Positions 1-10,088 of a stretch of DNA of 64,000 nucleotides are shown piece by piece. The notes under the pieces were generated by a model. That model did no database searches, was not told the origin of the DNA, and was given only the letters and a program-made list of their open reading frames with translations. Source of the stretch: an uncultured Acidobacteriaceae bacterium (lineage in GTDB: Bacteria > Acidobacteriota > Terriglobia > Terriglobales > Acidobacteriaceae); contig CAWBEO010000001.1 of the NCBI GenBank assembly GCA_963787995.1, forward strand, positions 78,337 through 142,336. Direction: 5' to 3'. The translations under genes were made by a program, and so were the position numbers. How positions within the stretch are numbered: position 1 is the stretch's first letter; every line of letters begins with the position of its first letter.

Positions 1-66
1 TGTCCGAGCACAACTGCGAAAAGCCTCTGTCTTGCGCGAGGGATCATTGAAGTCTACAGCGGTCTA

Positions 67-588
67 CTACCTGTGCCCGCCTCCGCCGTGACCACCACCG
101 CCGCCGCCATGCGACGCGGAGGAGTGTGGGGCGGCATGAGACGTGCCAGCGCGTGCAGGCGCCGAGCGCGCTGTGCTGGGACGCGCTCCTCCAGCACGGG
201 CAGTTGTTGCGCTTCCACCAGTGCGAGCAGCAGGCCTTGCCGCGGCATGATCTGCACCGCCGCCACGCGCAAAACTGCTGCGATTGGCCACGGCTCCGCC
301 GCCGCCGCGATAACTTCCGCCGCCGCCATCAGTGAAGCGATGCTCGCCCCAGCCGTGGCCATAACCCCAGCCGGCCCACGGGCCCATGCCCAGAAAGACG
401 CCGCTGTAAAAGTATCCTGGCCCATAGAATCCATAGGGAGCGCAGGCGTATGGCGCGTAGTCGTAATAGCCGTAGGAGCAAACGGGTTGAATGCCAATGT
501 CAACGACGACTTGCGTCTGAGCAGCTGGCGTCATGGCCATGCCGATTACCAAAGCAGTAGTTCCGAGTAGTCTTTTGAGTTCGCGCAT
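67..588 (-). CDS. Exported Tyr/Gly-rich hypothetical protein with low-complexity Gly/Ala/Arg tail
   Basis: 173-aa ORF with signal-peptide-like N-terminus (LLGTTALVIGMAMTPAAQ), YGYYDYAPYACAPYGFYGP core and Gly-rich tail. Confidence 0.7.
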   Translation of the reverse strand: MRELKRLLGTTALVIGMAMTPAAQTQVVVDIGIQPVCSYGYYDYAPYACAPYGFYGPGYFYSGVFLGMGPWAGWGYGHGWGEHRFTDGGGGSYRGGGGAVANRSSFARGGGADHAAARPAARTGGSATTARAGGARPSTARSAPARAGTSHAAPHSSASHGGGGGGHGGGGHR

Positions 589-997
589 ACGTGACCCCCT
601 TTTAAGGTGTCTGCGGTTCCTTGTGTTGCGTGAGATGCACTGCTTCCAGCAAGATCAATTCGGACTGCGCAGTCACCATAAGGGGTTCAGTCTGTTCATG
701 AGTGGCAGCAAATTCACTGGGCCATCAAATTACCCTTACGTGATCGACTCTAGCCACAGGTGCGCGGCTGAGTCTGAGCAATACGGAGCATTCCAATTCC
801 GCAACTCGCAATTCATCTGCGAAGGTCAATATTGGTCAGCCACAGATAAAACGATAGGCAATACTGGCATTCAGTACACGCCACGGGATAGCAGGCTGCC
901 GGAATCTCCGGCGTGCGGACTCTTATGAACCCGACAACATAAAGAGAATGCATACCAACCGCCGTGCCAGTGAGTCGGAGAATGAATTGGAGAAACA

Positions 998-1696
998 ATG
1001 ACACTACTCAAAGGATTGGGAACAGGATTGTGCCTTATCGCGCTCTGTGTACTCGTCGCGCCGAAAGCCAAGGCCGACGATTTCGACAGAAAGTCTCTCG
1101 TTACCTTCAGTGCTCCCGTCGAAGTAGGCGGCTCTGGCGCCCAGATACTGCCTGCGGGAACCTATGTTTTCAAGATCATCAATTCCGGCGTGAACAACCA
1201 TATCGTGCAGATTTCGAATAAGGACGAAAGCCATGTCTTTACCGTCATCATGGCGATGCCTAACTATCGCTTGAAGCCCACCAGCAAAACGGTTATGACT
1301 TTCAGCGAGCGGCCCGCCGGCCAGCCTGAAGCGCTGAAGGCATGGTTCTATCCGGGCCGTGAATGGGGCGAGCAATTCGTCTATGCAAGGCCGAGGGCGA
1401 TTCAACTCGCTGCGGAAACCAATGAGGCCGTGCTTTCAACTCCTGCCGTGATTACAGATGCTCCAGTTGAAGTACTGACCGCTGCGCCGGTCGAGGCTGT
1501 CACTCCAAAAGGAGAGACCGTTGAGACAGCGCAGGTGGTTGATGCGCCTCCGGCTCCTGTTGCCGCAGCGCCCGCACCCGTGGAAGTTGCTTCTTTGCCT
1601 AAGACTGCCAGCAATCTTGGATTGATTGGGTTGGCCGGTATGATGCTGTTCAGCGCAGGATTGCTGCTCTCCGGGTTTGCCAAGAAGTCCAGCTAA
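998..1696 (+). CDS. LPXTG-type sortase substrate (LPKTA cell-wall anchor protein)
   Basis: Signal peptide, Pro/Ala-rich stalk, LPKTA at 1595-1609, then hydrophobic helix and basic tail KKSS; sortase two genes downstream. Confidence 0.85.
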   Translation: MTLLKGLGTGLCLIALCVLVAPKAKADDFDRKSLVTFSAPVEVGGSGAQILPAGTYVFKIINSGVNNHIVQISNKDESHVFTVIMAMPNYRLKPTSKTVMTFSERPAGQPEALKAWFYPGREWGEQFVYARPRAIQLAAETNEAVLSTPAVITDAPVEVLTAAPVEAVTPKGETVETAQVVDAPPAPVAAAPAPVEVASLPKTASNLGLIGLAGMMLFSAGLLLSGFAKKSS

Positions 1697-1843
1697 TCCA
1701 GGCACTCCAACGCCAACGTTCCCGGCCATTCTGTTGGCCGGGTGATGCGGGTGGATACGGAGATGGGACAGAGTATCGCCTCGATTGTTTAAGAGCCCAC
1801 AGAGTTCGACCATTTATCGGGGAGCATCAAGCATCGTTCAAGG

Positions 1844-2881
1844 ATGAGCAAGATGACGAATGAAGCAGCGCCAGAAATCAAAGCCACGCCGCGCGACCTT
1901 GTGATTTCTTCTGTTCTTTTTCTGCTGGCTCTTGCAGCTTTGATCTCTCTGTCCACAGTTGCCTCATCCCAGGAAATTCCTCCTGTAAAAAATGAATCAG
2001 GCGACTACACTCTGAGCGTCAATGCCAATTTGGTTATCTTGAGCGCAACCGTCGTTAATCAGCACAATGCTCTTGTTTCCGGACTTGGTAAAGACGATTT
2101 TCAGATCTATGAGGATCACATTCTTCAATCAATCAAGCATTTCAGCCATGAGGATATTCCGGTATCGATTGGGTTAGTGATTGACAACAGCGGGAGCATG
2201 GGGCCGAAGCGTGCGGATATGATCGGCGCAGCGTTGTCTTTTGCCCGTTCAAGCAACCCGCAGGATCAGATGTTTGTCGTCAACTTCAATGAGCAAGTCA
2301 CTTATGGCCTTCCGGAAGGTGTTCTGTTTACAGACCGGCGAGATCAGTTGCAACGCGCTCTATCCGCGATTCATACGATTGGCGAGACCGCACTGTATGA
2401 TGCGATTGCTTCCGCACTCGATCACCTCAAGCAAGGCAAATGCGACAAAAAGGTACTGATTGTGATCAGCGATGGCGGCGACAATGCGAGCAGGCACAGT
2501 CTTGCACAGGTGATCGCAATGGCCAAGGCCTCCGATGCAATCATCTATGCGGTCGGCATTTTCGATGAGCGGGATGGAGACCAGAACCCAGGCGTGTTGA
2601 AACGATTTGCGAAAGAGACCGGCGGAGAGGCATTCTTCCCGGAATCCTCGAAAGAGATCGCATCCATCTGCGAAGCGATTGCGCGGGATATTCGCAACCA
2701 GTACACGCTGGCTTATGTTCCTACGAATTCAAAGCTGAGTGAAGGGTACCGGAGTATCGAAGTAAAGGTTAGCGCGCCGGGACATGAACACTTATCGGTT
2801 CGCACACGAACCGGATACTCGGTGACATTGCCGCTTCCAACTCCGGTAAATCGAACGGCTGGCCATGATGCTCATGAATGA
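1844..2881 (+). CDS. VWA-domain protein (Acidobacterial VWFA-related)
   Basis: MIDAS motifs DNSGSM, TALYDA, ISDGGDN; typical C-terminal QYTLAY...RTGY. Confidence 0.9.
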   Translation: MSKMTNEAAPEIKATPRDLVISSVLFLLALAALISLSTVASSQEIPPVKNESGDYTLSVNANLVILSATVVNQHNALVSGLGKDDFQIYEDHILQSIKHFSHEDIPVSIGLVIDNSGSMGPKRADMIGAALSFARSSNPQDQMFVVNFNEQVTYGLPEGVLFTDRRDQLQRALSAIHTIGETALYDAIASALDHLKQGKCDKKVLIVISDGGDNASRHSLAQVIAMAKASDAIIYAVGIFDERDGDQNPGVLKRFAKETGGEAFFPESSKEIASICEAIARDIRNQYTLAYVPTNSKLSEGYRSIEVKVSAPGHEHLSVRTRTGYSVTLPLPTPVNRTAGHDAHE

Positions 2882-3476
2882 ACAAGAAACATTCGCACTG
2901 CAGGGCGAACGGTTTATCTGTTGGACGCGGCGCATTCTGATGCTCTCCGGCGTTCTTGCGATAACTTTTGTCGCACTCACAGTGTTGAATGCGAAACAGT
3001 TTCAAAACGATGCGAGCCATAAACTGGATATTCAAATTCAAGCAGCAGGACTACAAACGCCGATTCAAACCAGGAATGTGGTCAAAGAAGGGGATGTTCT
3101 GGGCCGCATCGAGGTTCCAAGAATTGGAATCTCGGTGATTGTTCTGCAAGGAACGACATCGAAAACTCTGCGGCTGGGAGTGGGGCATATCGATGGAACG
3201 GCACTCCCCGGCGAGTCGGGAAATATTGGAATCGCCGGCCACCGGGATACATTCTTCCGTGGCCTGAAAGACATACACAGAGAGGATGAGATTCTTCTGC
3301 AAACCGCGACTGGGATTGCCCGGTACGAGGTAGATTGGATTCAGATTACGAATCCAAGCGATCACGGCATCGTTTCCCTTACGTCGGAATCCGGTCTGAC
3401 TCTCGTGACTTGCTATCCCTTTCATTTTATCGGTGCTGCTCCAGAGCGATTCGTAGTCCATGCTCACAGGCGATAG
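2865..3476 (+). CDS. Class D sortase
   Basis: N-terminal TM; catalytic motifs IAGHRDT (His), TLVTCYPF (Cys), PERF (Arg); overlaps VWA stop. Confidence 0.92.
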   Translation: MMLMNEQETFALQGERFICWTRRILMLSGVLAITFVALTVLNAKQFQNDASHKLDIQIQAAGLQTPIQTRNVVKEGDVLGRIEVPRIGISVIVLQGTTSKTLRLGVGHIDGTALPGESGNIGIAGHRDTFFRGLKDIHREDEILLQTATGIARYEVDWIQITNPSDHGIVSLTSESGLTLVTCYPFHFIGAAPERFVVHAHRR

Positions 3477-3792
3477 AAAACCGTACTCAAGCACTTTCAT
3501 GATGCGCGCATTTTCCAAAACTTATGTCTGTTCTTTTTTGCTCAGTTTTGAAAACATTTTGCGGGCCCAAGCCTAAAAAACCGTGATTGCTCCGAGCTAC
3601 TGTGACCATTCTTGCAGGACTCGACTCTGCCAATATCTGTATGAAGGCGGTCTACGCTGACATTTATTACTGGTAACACTCTGTGCTCTGACTGCGCTGA
3701 TGCTGGCCGAAGGAGGGATCTTGACGACATCGACATGGAACCGAAATTCGCAGTCAGTGCTCGCTTGCTACCGAGAGATAAAGAACAAACTG

Positions 3793-4536
3793 ATGCGCCA
3801 ATCGAGTGACGAGCCATTCGATTTGAAACTCAGCCGTGTAGCCTTCCTGCTGATTGCAGCTGCTGTCTTGGCGTGTTTGAGCTTGACGGCCAATCCGCAA
3901 TCAGCGCCTATGGCGGGAGATTCCTCTTCAATTTTGGAAAATGAACCTTCTGCAAAAATGGACCTGGCCTATGTGCGCCCGACGCAGAGAACCATGGTGA
4001 GCAATTACCTCTTTGACGCGTATGGGCCATACCCCATTGTTGGCGCTGGACTTGTTGCTGCGTTTCATCAGGAAAGTAATGCCCCTCCGGAGTGGAAGCA
4101 AGGCGCTGCAGGATACGGCAAGCGATTCGGTTCGGACTTTGCCATTGCTACGGTTAGAACAACCACTCGCTACAGCCTGTCAGAAGCCTTCAAGGAAGAT
4201 GCGCTGTATTACCGGTGTGAGTGCGAAGGATTTCTCCCTCGGTTAAGCCATGCCGCGCTTTCGACATTGACCGCACGCCGCGGCGAAGACGGGCATCGTG
4301 TCTTCTCAATCCCGGCTTTGGTCGCGCCCTATGCGGGTTCGATGACCGTGGTTTATGGATGGTACCCGGATCGCTTTGGCGCAAAGGATGCGTTCCGCAT
4401 TGGCAACTATAGTCTTCTGCTTTATATGGCGGGAAATATCTCGCTCGAGTTTTTCTATAGCGGACCCCACTCCCTGCTGCATCGTATGCACTTGAACGAT
4501 TCGCACGGCTCTCCCGTTGAAGGACCAAACAAATGA
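3793..4536 (+). CDS. Exported/membrane hypothetical protein, first gene of mla operon
   Basis: ORF 3700-4536, probable start ATG 3793; hydrophobic N-terminal segment; stop overlaps mlaE start. Confidence 0.65.
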   Translation: MRQSSDEPFDLKLSRVAFLLIAAAVLACLSLTANPQSAPMAGDSSSILENEPSAKMDLAYVRPTQRTMVSNYLFDAYGPYPIVGAGLVAAFHQESNAPPEWKQGAAGYGKRFGSDFAIATVRTTTRYSLSEAFKEDALYYRCECEGFLPRLSHAALSTLTARRGEDGHRVFSIPALVAPYAGSMTVVYGWYPDRFGAKDAFRIGNYSLLLYMAGNISLEFFYSGPHSLLHRMHLNDSHGSPVEGPNK

Positions 4537-5378
4537 GCGATCATGGATTCATTGCCGTTGAAGGATTGCCACTTCTGGAGCGGCGAGCCGAAGCCATGTC
4601 TTCTATCGCTTATTCAACCGCTAAGCTGATTAATGGCCTCTTCGAATGGTTTGGTAACTTAGGCATATTTGGCTGGAATGTCCTCCGGGCAGCGGTGACG
4701 CCGCCTTATGAATGGCGGGAACTGATTCGGCAACTCGACGAAGTAGGGTCCAAATCATTCCCGCTGATCGCGCTGGCAGGCGCTGCAATCGGCGTGGTGA
4801 TCTCGATGGAAGCGCGTTATAGCCTTACTCGATTCGGCGCGAAATCGATGTTCCCCGCAACTCTTGTCTACTCGGTAGTTCAGGTCATGGGCCCCATTCT
4901 TACCGGGTTGATTGTGAGCGGCCGCGTAGGCGCAGGCATGGGCGCGGAGCTGGCGTCCATGAAAGTTAGCGAGCAGATCGACGCCATAGAAGCATCGGCT
5001 ATCAATCCCTACAGATTTTTGGCGGCGACACGAATCCTCGCTTGTATTCTGATGCTTCCGTTGCTTACTCTTTCCGCCGATGCATCCGGCTTGTTGACAG
5101 GCTGGTTTGCGCAGACACTGGTTGAGCCGCTCTCTTTTCATCAGTTCATCGAAAGCGGCTTTCACGGTGCGACCTTCAGTGCTTTCCTGCCGCAGACCTT
5201 CAAGACCGCAGTATATGGCCTGATTATTGGGACAATCGCGTGCTTTCAGGGAATGCGCACACGCGGAGGCGCCGAGGGCGTGGGCCGCGCCGCCACTAAC
5301 TCAGTTGTCATCGCATCGCTCTTGGTGATTCTGGCCGATGTCGTGCTGGTGAAATTCATTTTGGTTGTCTTCCCTTAA
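4533..5378 (+). CDS. mlaE: MlaE-family ABC transporter permease
   Basis: GPILTGLIVSGRVGAGMGAELASMKVSEQIDAIE and GGAEGVGRAATNSVV signatures. Confidence 0.95.
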   Translation: MSDHGFIAVEGLPLLERRAEAMSSIAYSTAKLINGLFEWFGNLGIFGWNVLRAAVTPPYEWRELIRQLDEVGSKSFPLIALAGAAIGVVISMEARYSLTRFGAKSMFPATLVYSVVQVMGPILTGLIVSGRVGAGMGAELASMKVSEQIDAIEASAINPYRFLAATRILACILMLPLLTLSADASGLLTGWFAQTLVEPLSFHQFIESGFHGATFSAFLPQTFKTAVYGLIIGTIACFQGMRTRGGAEGVGRAATNSVVIASLLVILADVVLVKFILVVFP

Positions 5379-5406
5379 CTCTTGACAGGAGCCTCGAGGT
5401 TCGTTC

Positions 5407-6195
5407 ATGGCCACTGCGTATGACATTGCGATGAAGCAGGCGGAACCGGAGCAAGACGGCCGCGGGCCAATGATCGCCGTCAATGACTTACGAATGTCCT
5501 TCGGATGCCATCAGGTTCTCAACGGGATCAATTTAAGTGTGGATCGCGGCGAAACTCTGGCTGTACTGGGCCGAAGCGGAACGGGAAAGAGTGTATTGCT
5601 GCGGCTTATCATCGGCCTAGAAAGGCCCGACTCCGGTTCGATTTGCATCTGCGATCAGAACATCGCAGGCCTGGCGATGGATCGAATGGGTGAGATCAGA
5701 AAAAAGATGGGCTTCCTGTTTCAACATGCGGCGCTTTACGATTCGCTCACTGTTGCGGGGAATGTTGCCTTTCCTCTTGAACATCACCGGAGAGAAATGT
5801 CCCGTTCCGAGCGCAACAACCGAGTCAAGCAGTTGCTCGCTGAAGTGGGCATGGAAGGCAGCTTTGAAAAGATGCCCTCCGATATCTCCGGTGGAATGCA
5901 GAAGCGGGTTGGCCTGGCGCGCGCGCTCGCTCTTGAACCGGAGATTCTGCTTCTCGATGAACCAACGGCCGGCCTTGACCCGATTAGTTCGGGAGAAATT
6001 GACGATCTGATACTTAAGCTCCAGCATGAACGGCAGATGGCATCTATCGTCGTAACGCATGATCTGCACAGCGCCAAGACGATTTCCAATCGTCTGGCAA
6101 TTCTGGATCAAGGAAATGTTGTGATTGAAGGCGCGTTTGAAGACCTTCAGAAAAGCGATATCAAATTTGTCAAGGAATTTTTGAAGCAGTCGTAG
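5407..6195 (+). CDS. mlaF: MlaF-family ABC transporter ATP-binding protein
   Basis: Walker A GRSGTGKS, ISGGMQKR signature, LLLDEP, FQHAALYDSLTV. Confidence 0.95.
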   Translation: MATAYDIAMKQAEPEQDGRGPMIAVNDLRMSFGCHQVLNGINLSVDRGETLAVLGRSGTGKSVLLRLIIGLERPDSGSICICDQNIAGLAMDRMGEIRKKMGFLFQHAALYDSLTVAGNVAFPLEHHRREMSRSERNNRVKQLLAEVGMEGSFEKMPSDISGGMQKRVGLARALALEPEILLLDEPTAGLDPISSGEIDDLILKLQHERQMASIVVTHDLHSAKTISNRLAILDQGNVVIEGAFEDLQKSDIKFVKEFLKQS

Positions 6196-6203
6196 GAGGA
6201 ATC

Positions 6204-7394
6204 ATGTCGAGAGTGGCGAGGCTGGGAGCATTTATAGTTGTAACACTGGCGGTTCTTGCCGTTGGTGTCTTCATCATCGGGAGCAAGGAATATCTGTTTC
6301 GCTCGACTTACCAACTAAAGGCGCAATTCGACAATGTTGCGGGCCTTGCAGCAGGAGCCGACGTGCAGGTGGGTGGAGTTCACAGCGGAACGGTGGAAAG
6401 CATCACTCTTCCCCACAAGCCGGGCGATCAAGTTACTGTGCTCATGGACCTCGATCAATCAACGCACGAGATCATCAAGCAGGACTCAGTGGCGGCGATC
6501 GAAACCGAGGGGGTGCTGGGCAACCAGTTCGTGTCGATTTCATTCGGTTCCGCGGGGCAAGGCGAAGTTAAAGATGGCGAGATCATTCCGAGCGAACCGC
6601 CGTTGCAGATTTCGGATTTGTTCAAGAAGACGAGCGGTATCCTGGACAGCAGCCAGCAGGCCATCAATAATGCGACTTTGGCGACGGCTCATTTAAACTC
6701 GGTAACCGCCAAAATCGATTCAGGACAGGGCACTGTGGGCGCGTTGGTAAACGACAAGCAACTCTACTCTCATCTGGCTGATTCGACAGCGACGCTCCAG
6801 TCCACGATGGTGCAAGCGCAGGCGGGGGTAACAGATTTTCAAGAGAATATGGAAGCGTTAAAACATAACTTTCTCTTGAAAGGATATTTCAAGAAGCGCG
6901 GCTACGAAGACTCAAGCGATCTTACAGCCAATCAAATTAGCGGCCTTCCGCAAAGCGCGCCGCTCAAGGCCTTTACCTACGCTGCCAATCAACTCTTCGA
7001 TGGCCGCGATTCGGCAAAGCTGAAAAGCCAGAAGGCACTGAATACAAGCGGTGAATTTCTGGCACAGAATCCATTCGGCTTTGCAGTCATTGTTGCTTCA
7101 ACTGGAATGGAAGGCGATACACAAAAAGATTTGGTACTCTCCCAGGCAAGAGCCATGATCGTGCGCGAATACCTGGTTGAAAATTTTGGATTCGATGACA
7201 GCCAACTGAAGACACTGGGCATGGGGAAGCAGGCCAATGCAAGCCTGAACGCAGATTGGGGGTCAATCCAGATTCTCATCTTTCCCGTTGGAACCGAGAT
7301 CCCGGCAGACAAACTTCCACCAGCAAGCAGTTCATCCCTGACTGTTGCGGACCGGCCAACTCAAGTCACCGCAACCGCAACTCATATGCACTAG
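6204..7394 (+). CDS. mlaD: MlaD/MCE protein with C-terminal OmpA-like segment
   Basis: TM anchor plus MCE motif FDNVAGL...GADVQVGGVHSGTV; C-terminal LSQARAMIVREYLV...LKTLGMG. Confidence 0.9.
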   Translation: MSRVARLGAFIVVTLAVLAVGVFIIGSKEYLFRSTYQLKAQFDNVAGLAAGADVQVGGVHSGTVESITLPHKPGDQVTVLMDLDQSTHEIIKQDSVAAIETEGVLGNQFVSISFGSAGQGEVKDGEIIPSEPPLQISDLFKKTSGILDSSQQAINNATLATAHLNSVTAKIDSGQGTVGALVNDKQLYSHLADSTATLQSTMVQAQAGVTDFQENMEALKHNFLLKGYFKKRGYEDSSDLTANQISGLPQSAPLKAFTYAANQLFDGRDSAKLKSQKALNTSGEFLAQNPFGFAVIVASTGMEGDTQKDLVLSQARAMIVREYLVENFGFDDSQLKTLGMGKQANASLNADWGSIQILIFPVGTEIPADKLPPASSSSLTVADRPTQVTATATHMH

Positions 7395-7416
7395 CGCGCA
7401 ATGACTTAAGCACACT

Positions 7417-7641
7417 TTGATGAGACGAATACGAAATGAGAATGGAGAAGAGATGACCGGAAGCAAGTACAACCACGAAGGAAACAGCAGTGAAAGCGGC
7501 GAACCTGATCCTGGCCCATACTGGAGGCGCATGCATCGCGACTGGCGCTTTTGGGTGGGCGCGCTCTTCATGGCTGCCGCGCTTGCAATTTACGTTCTAA
7601 GCGGCGATCTGGCGTGGGTTCCGCGTGGCCGGATGCAATAA
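7417..7641 (+). CDS. Small membrane hypothetical protein
   Basis: 74-aa ORF with one hydrophobic helix, in operon orientation. Confidence 0.5.
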   Translation: MMRRIRNENGEEMTGSKYNHEGNSSESGEPDPGPYWRRMHRDWRFWVGALFMAAALAIYVLSGDLAWVPRGRMQ

Positions 7642-7747
7642 GCCCCCCATCGCCAACGCGAAAATTACGCGTTCACGCCATGAGCACTGTTGCTCAGCAA
7701 TTCTTCTCTTGCCTTGAAAGAATACTGATGGAGAATGGAGAAATACA

Positions 7748-8131
7748 ATGCCTCTAGTCACAGTAGTAATTGCTCTGGCGGTAGTCGGCCTCTTGCTGTA
7801 TCTGGTAAACCGCTACATACCCATGCAGGGTCAAATCAAGGGTATCCTGAATGGCGTTGTGGTTATCGCCGTGATTCTGTGGCTTATGAAGATTGTAGGC
7901 CTCTTCGACAATCTGACGCAGTTCCGTATCGGCATTGATATGCCACTGGTCCCCGTTGTTATCACACTCTGCGTCGTCGGTCTGTTGTTGTATCTTGTCA
8001 ACCGCTATATTCCGATGCAGGGACAGATCAAAGGCATCTTGAATGGCGTAGTGGTCATTGTCGTTGTTCTTTGGCTTCTCAAAATCTTCGGACTCTTCGA
8101 CTATCTTTACCAGTTCCGCGTCGGACGTTGA
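7748..8131 (+). CDS. Thivi_2564-like membrane protein, internal tandem duplication (64+63 aa)
   Basis: Two near-identical halves (GLLLYLVNRYIPMQGQIKGILNGVVVI), second half starting at ATG 7940. Confidence 0.8.
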   Translation: MPLVTVVIALAVVGLLLYLVNRYIPMQGQIKGILNGVVVIAVILWLMKIVGLFDNLTQFRIGIDMPLVPVVITLCVVGLLLYLVNRYIPMQGQIKGILNGVVVIVVVLWLLKIFGLFDYLYQFRVGR

Positions 8132-8220
8132 AGGACCGCGCCGAAGCTGCCTTGTCGTTCATCTCCCAATGTAACGAACGTCCAACCCAGCAAGGCAGAG
8201 ATCTGCCTGTAGGAGGAATC

Positions 8221-9825
8221 TTGAAGCGCATGAATTTGTTTGCAATCGGAAGCATCCTCAGTTTGAGCGTATTTGCTCAAGCCAGTCAGCCAGTAACCAT
8301 GGTCGTGGAATCCACTAGACCAACATCTACCTATCGAGTGGTCGTGATCAGCCGCTCGGTTCAGGCGGTCAACTATCAGCATCAGGGCGGAGCCTCGGAT
8401 GTGGATTTCGCAGGTACCGCGTTGCTGCCCGCGGCGGACGGTAAAGCAAAGGTGCGCAGCAAGCGCGGCACCATGGAAGTTGAGGCGGCATTTGGCAACC
8501 TGCAAAATCCAACAACCTTTGGCTCTGAGTATCTAACTTATGTTCTTTGGGCAATCTCGCCAGAGGGCCGGGCCGTGAATCTTGGAGAAGTACTTATCGG
8601 CGATAACAGCCGAAGTAAATTGACTGCGACCACGGAGCTGCAATCCTTTGCTCTGATCGTTACCGCGGAGCCTTACTATGCGGTCCGGCAGCCGAGCAAT
8701 GTTGTCGTTCTTGAGAATGTTGTTCGTCCGGATACCAAAGGAACCACTGAGACAGTCAACGCAAAGTATGAGTTGATGGAGCGCGGCGGCTACATTCCCA
8801 CCGGCTACAAATTTGATCCTGTTGTTCTGAACGCCAGCCTTCCGCTGGAGTTTTACGAGGCAAGAAACGCGCTGCGGATCGCTCAATCTGAAGGCGCCGA
8901 GAACTATGCAAGCGCAAGCTATCAGCACGCTGTACAATTGATGAACACGGCCGATGCGAATGCGACCAGCAAGCACATTGACAAAAAACCTTTGATTGCG
9001 GTTTCCCGCGAGACGGTGCAAACCGCTGAAGACGCTCGTGAGATTTCGGTCAAGAAGATCGACGAGGAGCGCATTGCGGCTGACCGTCAGGCGTCAACCG
9101 ACGCACAGGCAAAATCGCAGGCGCAAGCTGACAATGCGACTCGTTTGAAGGAAGAGGCACAGGCCGACACTGCTAACGCGCGCGCCGATACGGCAAATGC
9201 GCAAGCAAGCGCTGCAAATGCACAGGCCAATGCATCCAAGGCTCAGGCCGACATGGCGGCAAATCAGGCGGCGTCAACAGCAGCGATTACAGCGGCGCAA
9301 ACCGATGCTGCGCAAGCTCGCACAGATGCACAGATTGCTCAACAGGGTCAGCAACAGGCAATTTCAGACAAGGCCGCAATGCGCGCGCAATTATCAGAGC
9401 AGCTCAATAAGGTTCTTGAGACTCGTGATAGCGCGCGCGGACTGATTGTCAGCATGTCCGATGTGTTGTTTGACACTGGGAAGTATTCGTTGAAGCCGGG
9501 AGCGCGGGAGAAACTGGCGAAGGTTGCCGGGATACTGATTGCTCATCCTGGCCTGAACATCGAAGTCGGCGGCTATACCGACAATGTCGGCGGCGATGCG
9601 ATGAACCAGACGCTGTCGGAAAATCGGGCTGGAACCGTCCGTAGCTATCTTGTTGAAGAAGGCGTGACGACAAACTCGGTGAGCGCCAAGGGCTTCGGGA
9701 ACACATTGCCTGTAGCCTCCAATGACAATGCGGCAGGCAGGCAAGAGAATCGCAGAGTGGAACTGGTCGTCTCCGGCGATGCAATTGGCACAACCGTCAG
9801 CGTGACGGCGGGGAGTTCGCTTTAA
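8221..9825 (+). CDS. OmpA-family protein with Ala/Gln coiled coil
   Basis: RBS AGGAGG before TTG 8221; coiled coil; OmpA domain DVLFDTGK...GYTD...LSENRA...NRRVE. Confidence 0.9.
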   Translation: MKRMNLFAIGSILSLSVFAQASQPVTMVVESTRPTSTYRVVVISRSVQAVNYQHQGGASDVDFAGTALLPAADGKAKVRSKRGTMEVEAAFGNLQNPTTFGSEYLTYVLWAISPEGRAVNLGEVLIGDNSRSKLTATTELQSFALIVTAEPYYAVRQPSNVVVLENVVRPDTKGTTETVNAKYELMERGGYIPTGYKFDPVVLNASLPLEFYEARNALRIAQSEGAENYASASYQHAVQLMNTADANATSKHIDKKPLIAVSRETVQTAEDAREISVKKIDEERIAADRQASTDAQAKSQAQADNATRLKEEAQADTANARADTANAQASAANAQANASKAQADMAANQAASTAAITAAQTDAAQARTDAQIAQQGQQQAISDKAAMRAQLSEQLNKVLETRDSARGLIVSMSDVLFDTGKYSLKPGAREKLAKVAGILIAHPGLNIEVGGYTDNVGGDAMNQTLSENRAGTVRSYLVEEGVTTNSVSAKGFGNTLPVASNDNAAGRQENRRVELVVSGDAIGTTVSVTAGSSL

Positions 9826-9914
9826 CCAGAGTGACGAATCTCTGCGGTCTTGAAACAAGGCCGCGGAGATTCGGCTGGTATGACTGCATTTGTATCAGGC
9901 AGAAAGGAACAGAA

Positions 9915-10070
9915 ATGCTTGGAACGATTCTAGTCGTGATCTTAATCTTGGCGCTGTTGGGCGTTTTGCCGCGATGGCCGCATAGCAGGAATTGGGGATA
10001 CTACCCGAGCGGAGCGGTTGGACTAGTCCTCCTGATTATTGTCATTCTGCTGCTACTTGGACAAATTTGA
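9915..10070 (+). CDS. DUF3309-family small membrane protein
   Basis: MLGTILVVILILALLGVLPRWPHSRNWGYYPSG signature. Confidence 0.85.
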   Translation: MLGTILVVILILALLGVLPRWPHSRNWGYYPSGAVGLVLLIIVILLLLGQI

Positions 10071-10088
10071 GAGTGAAAGAGGAATGCA

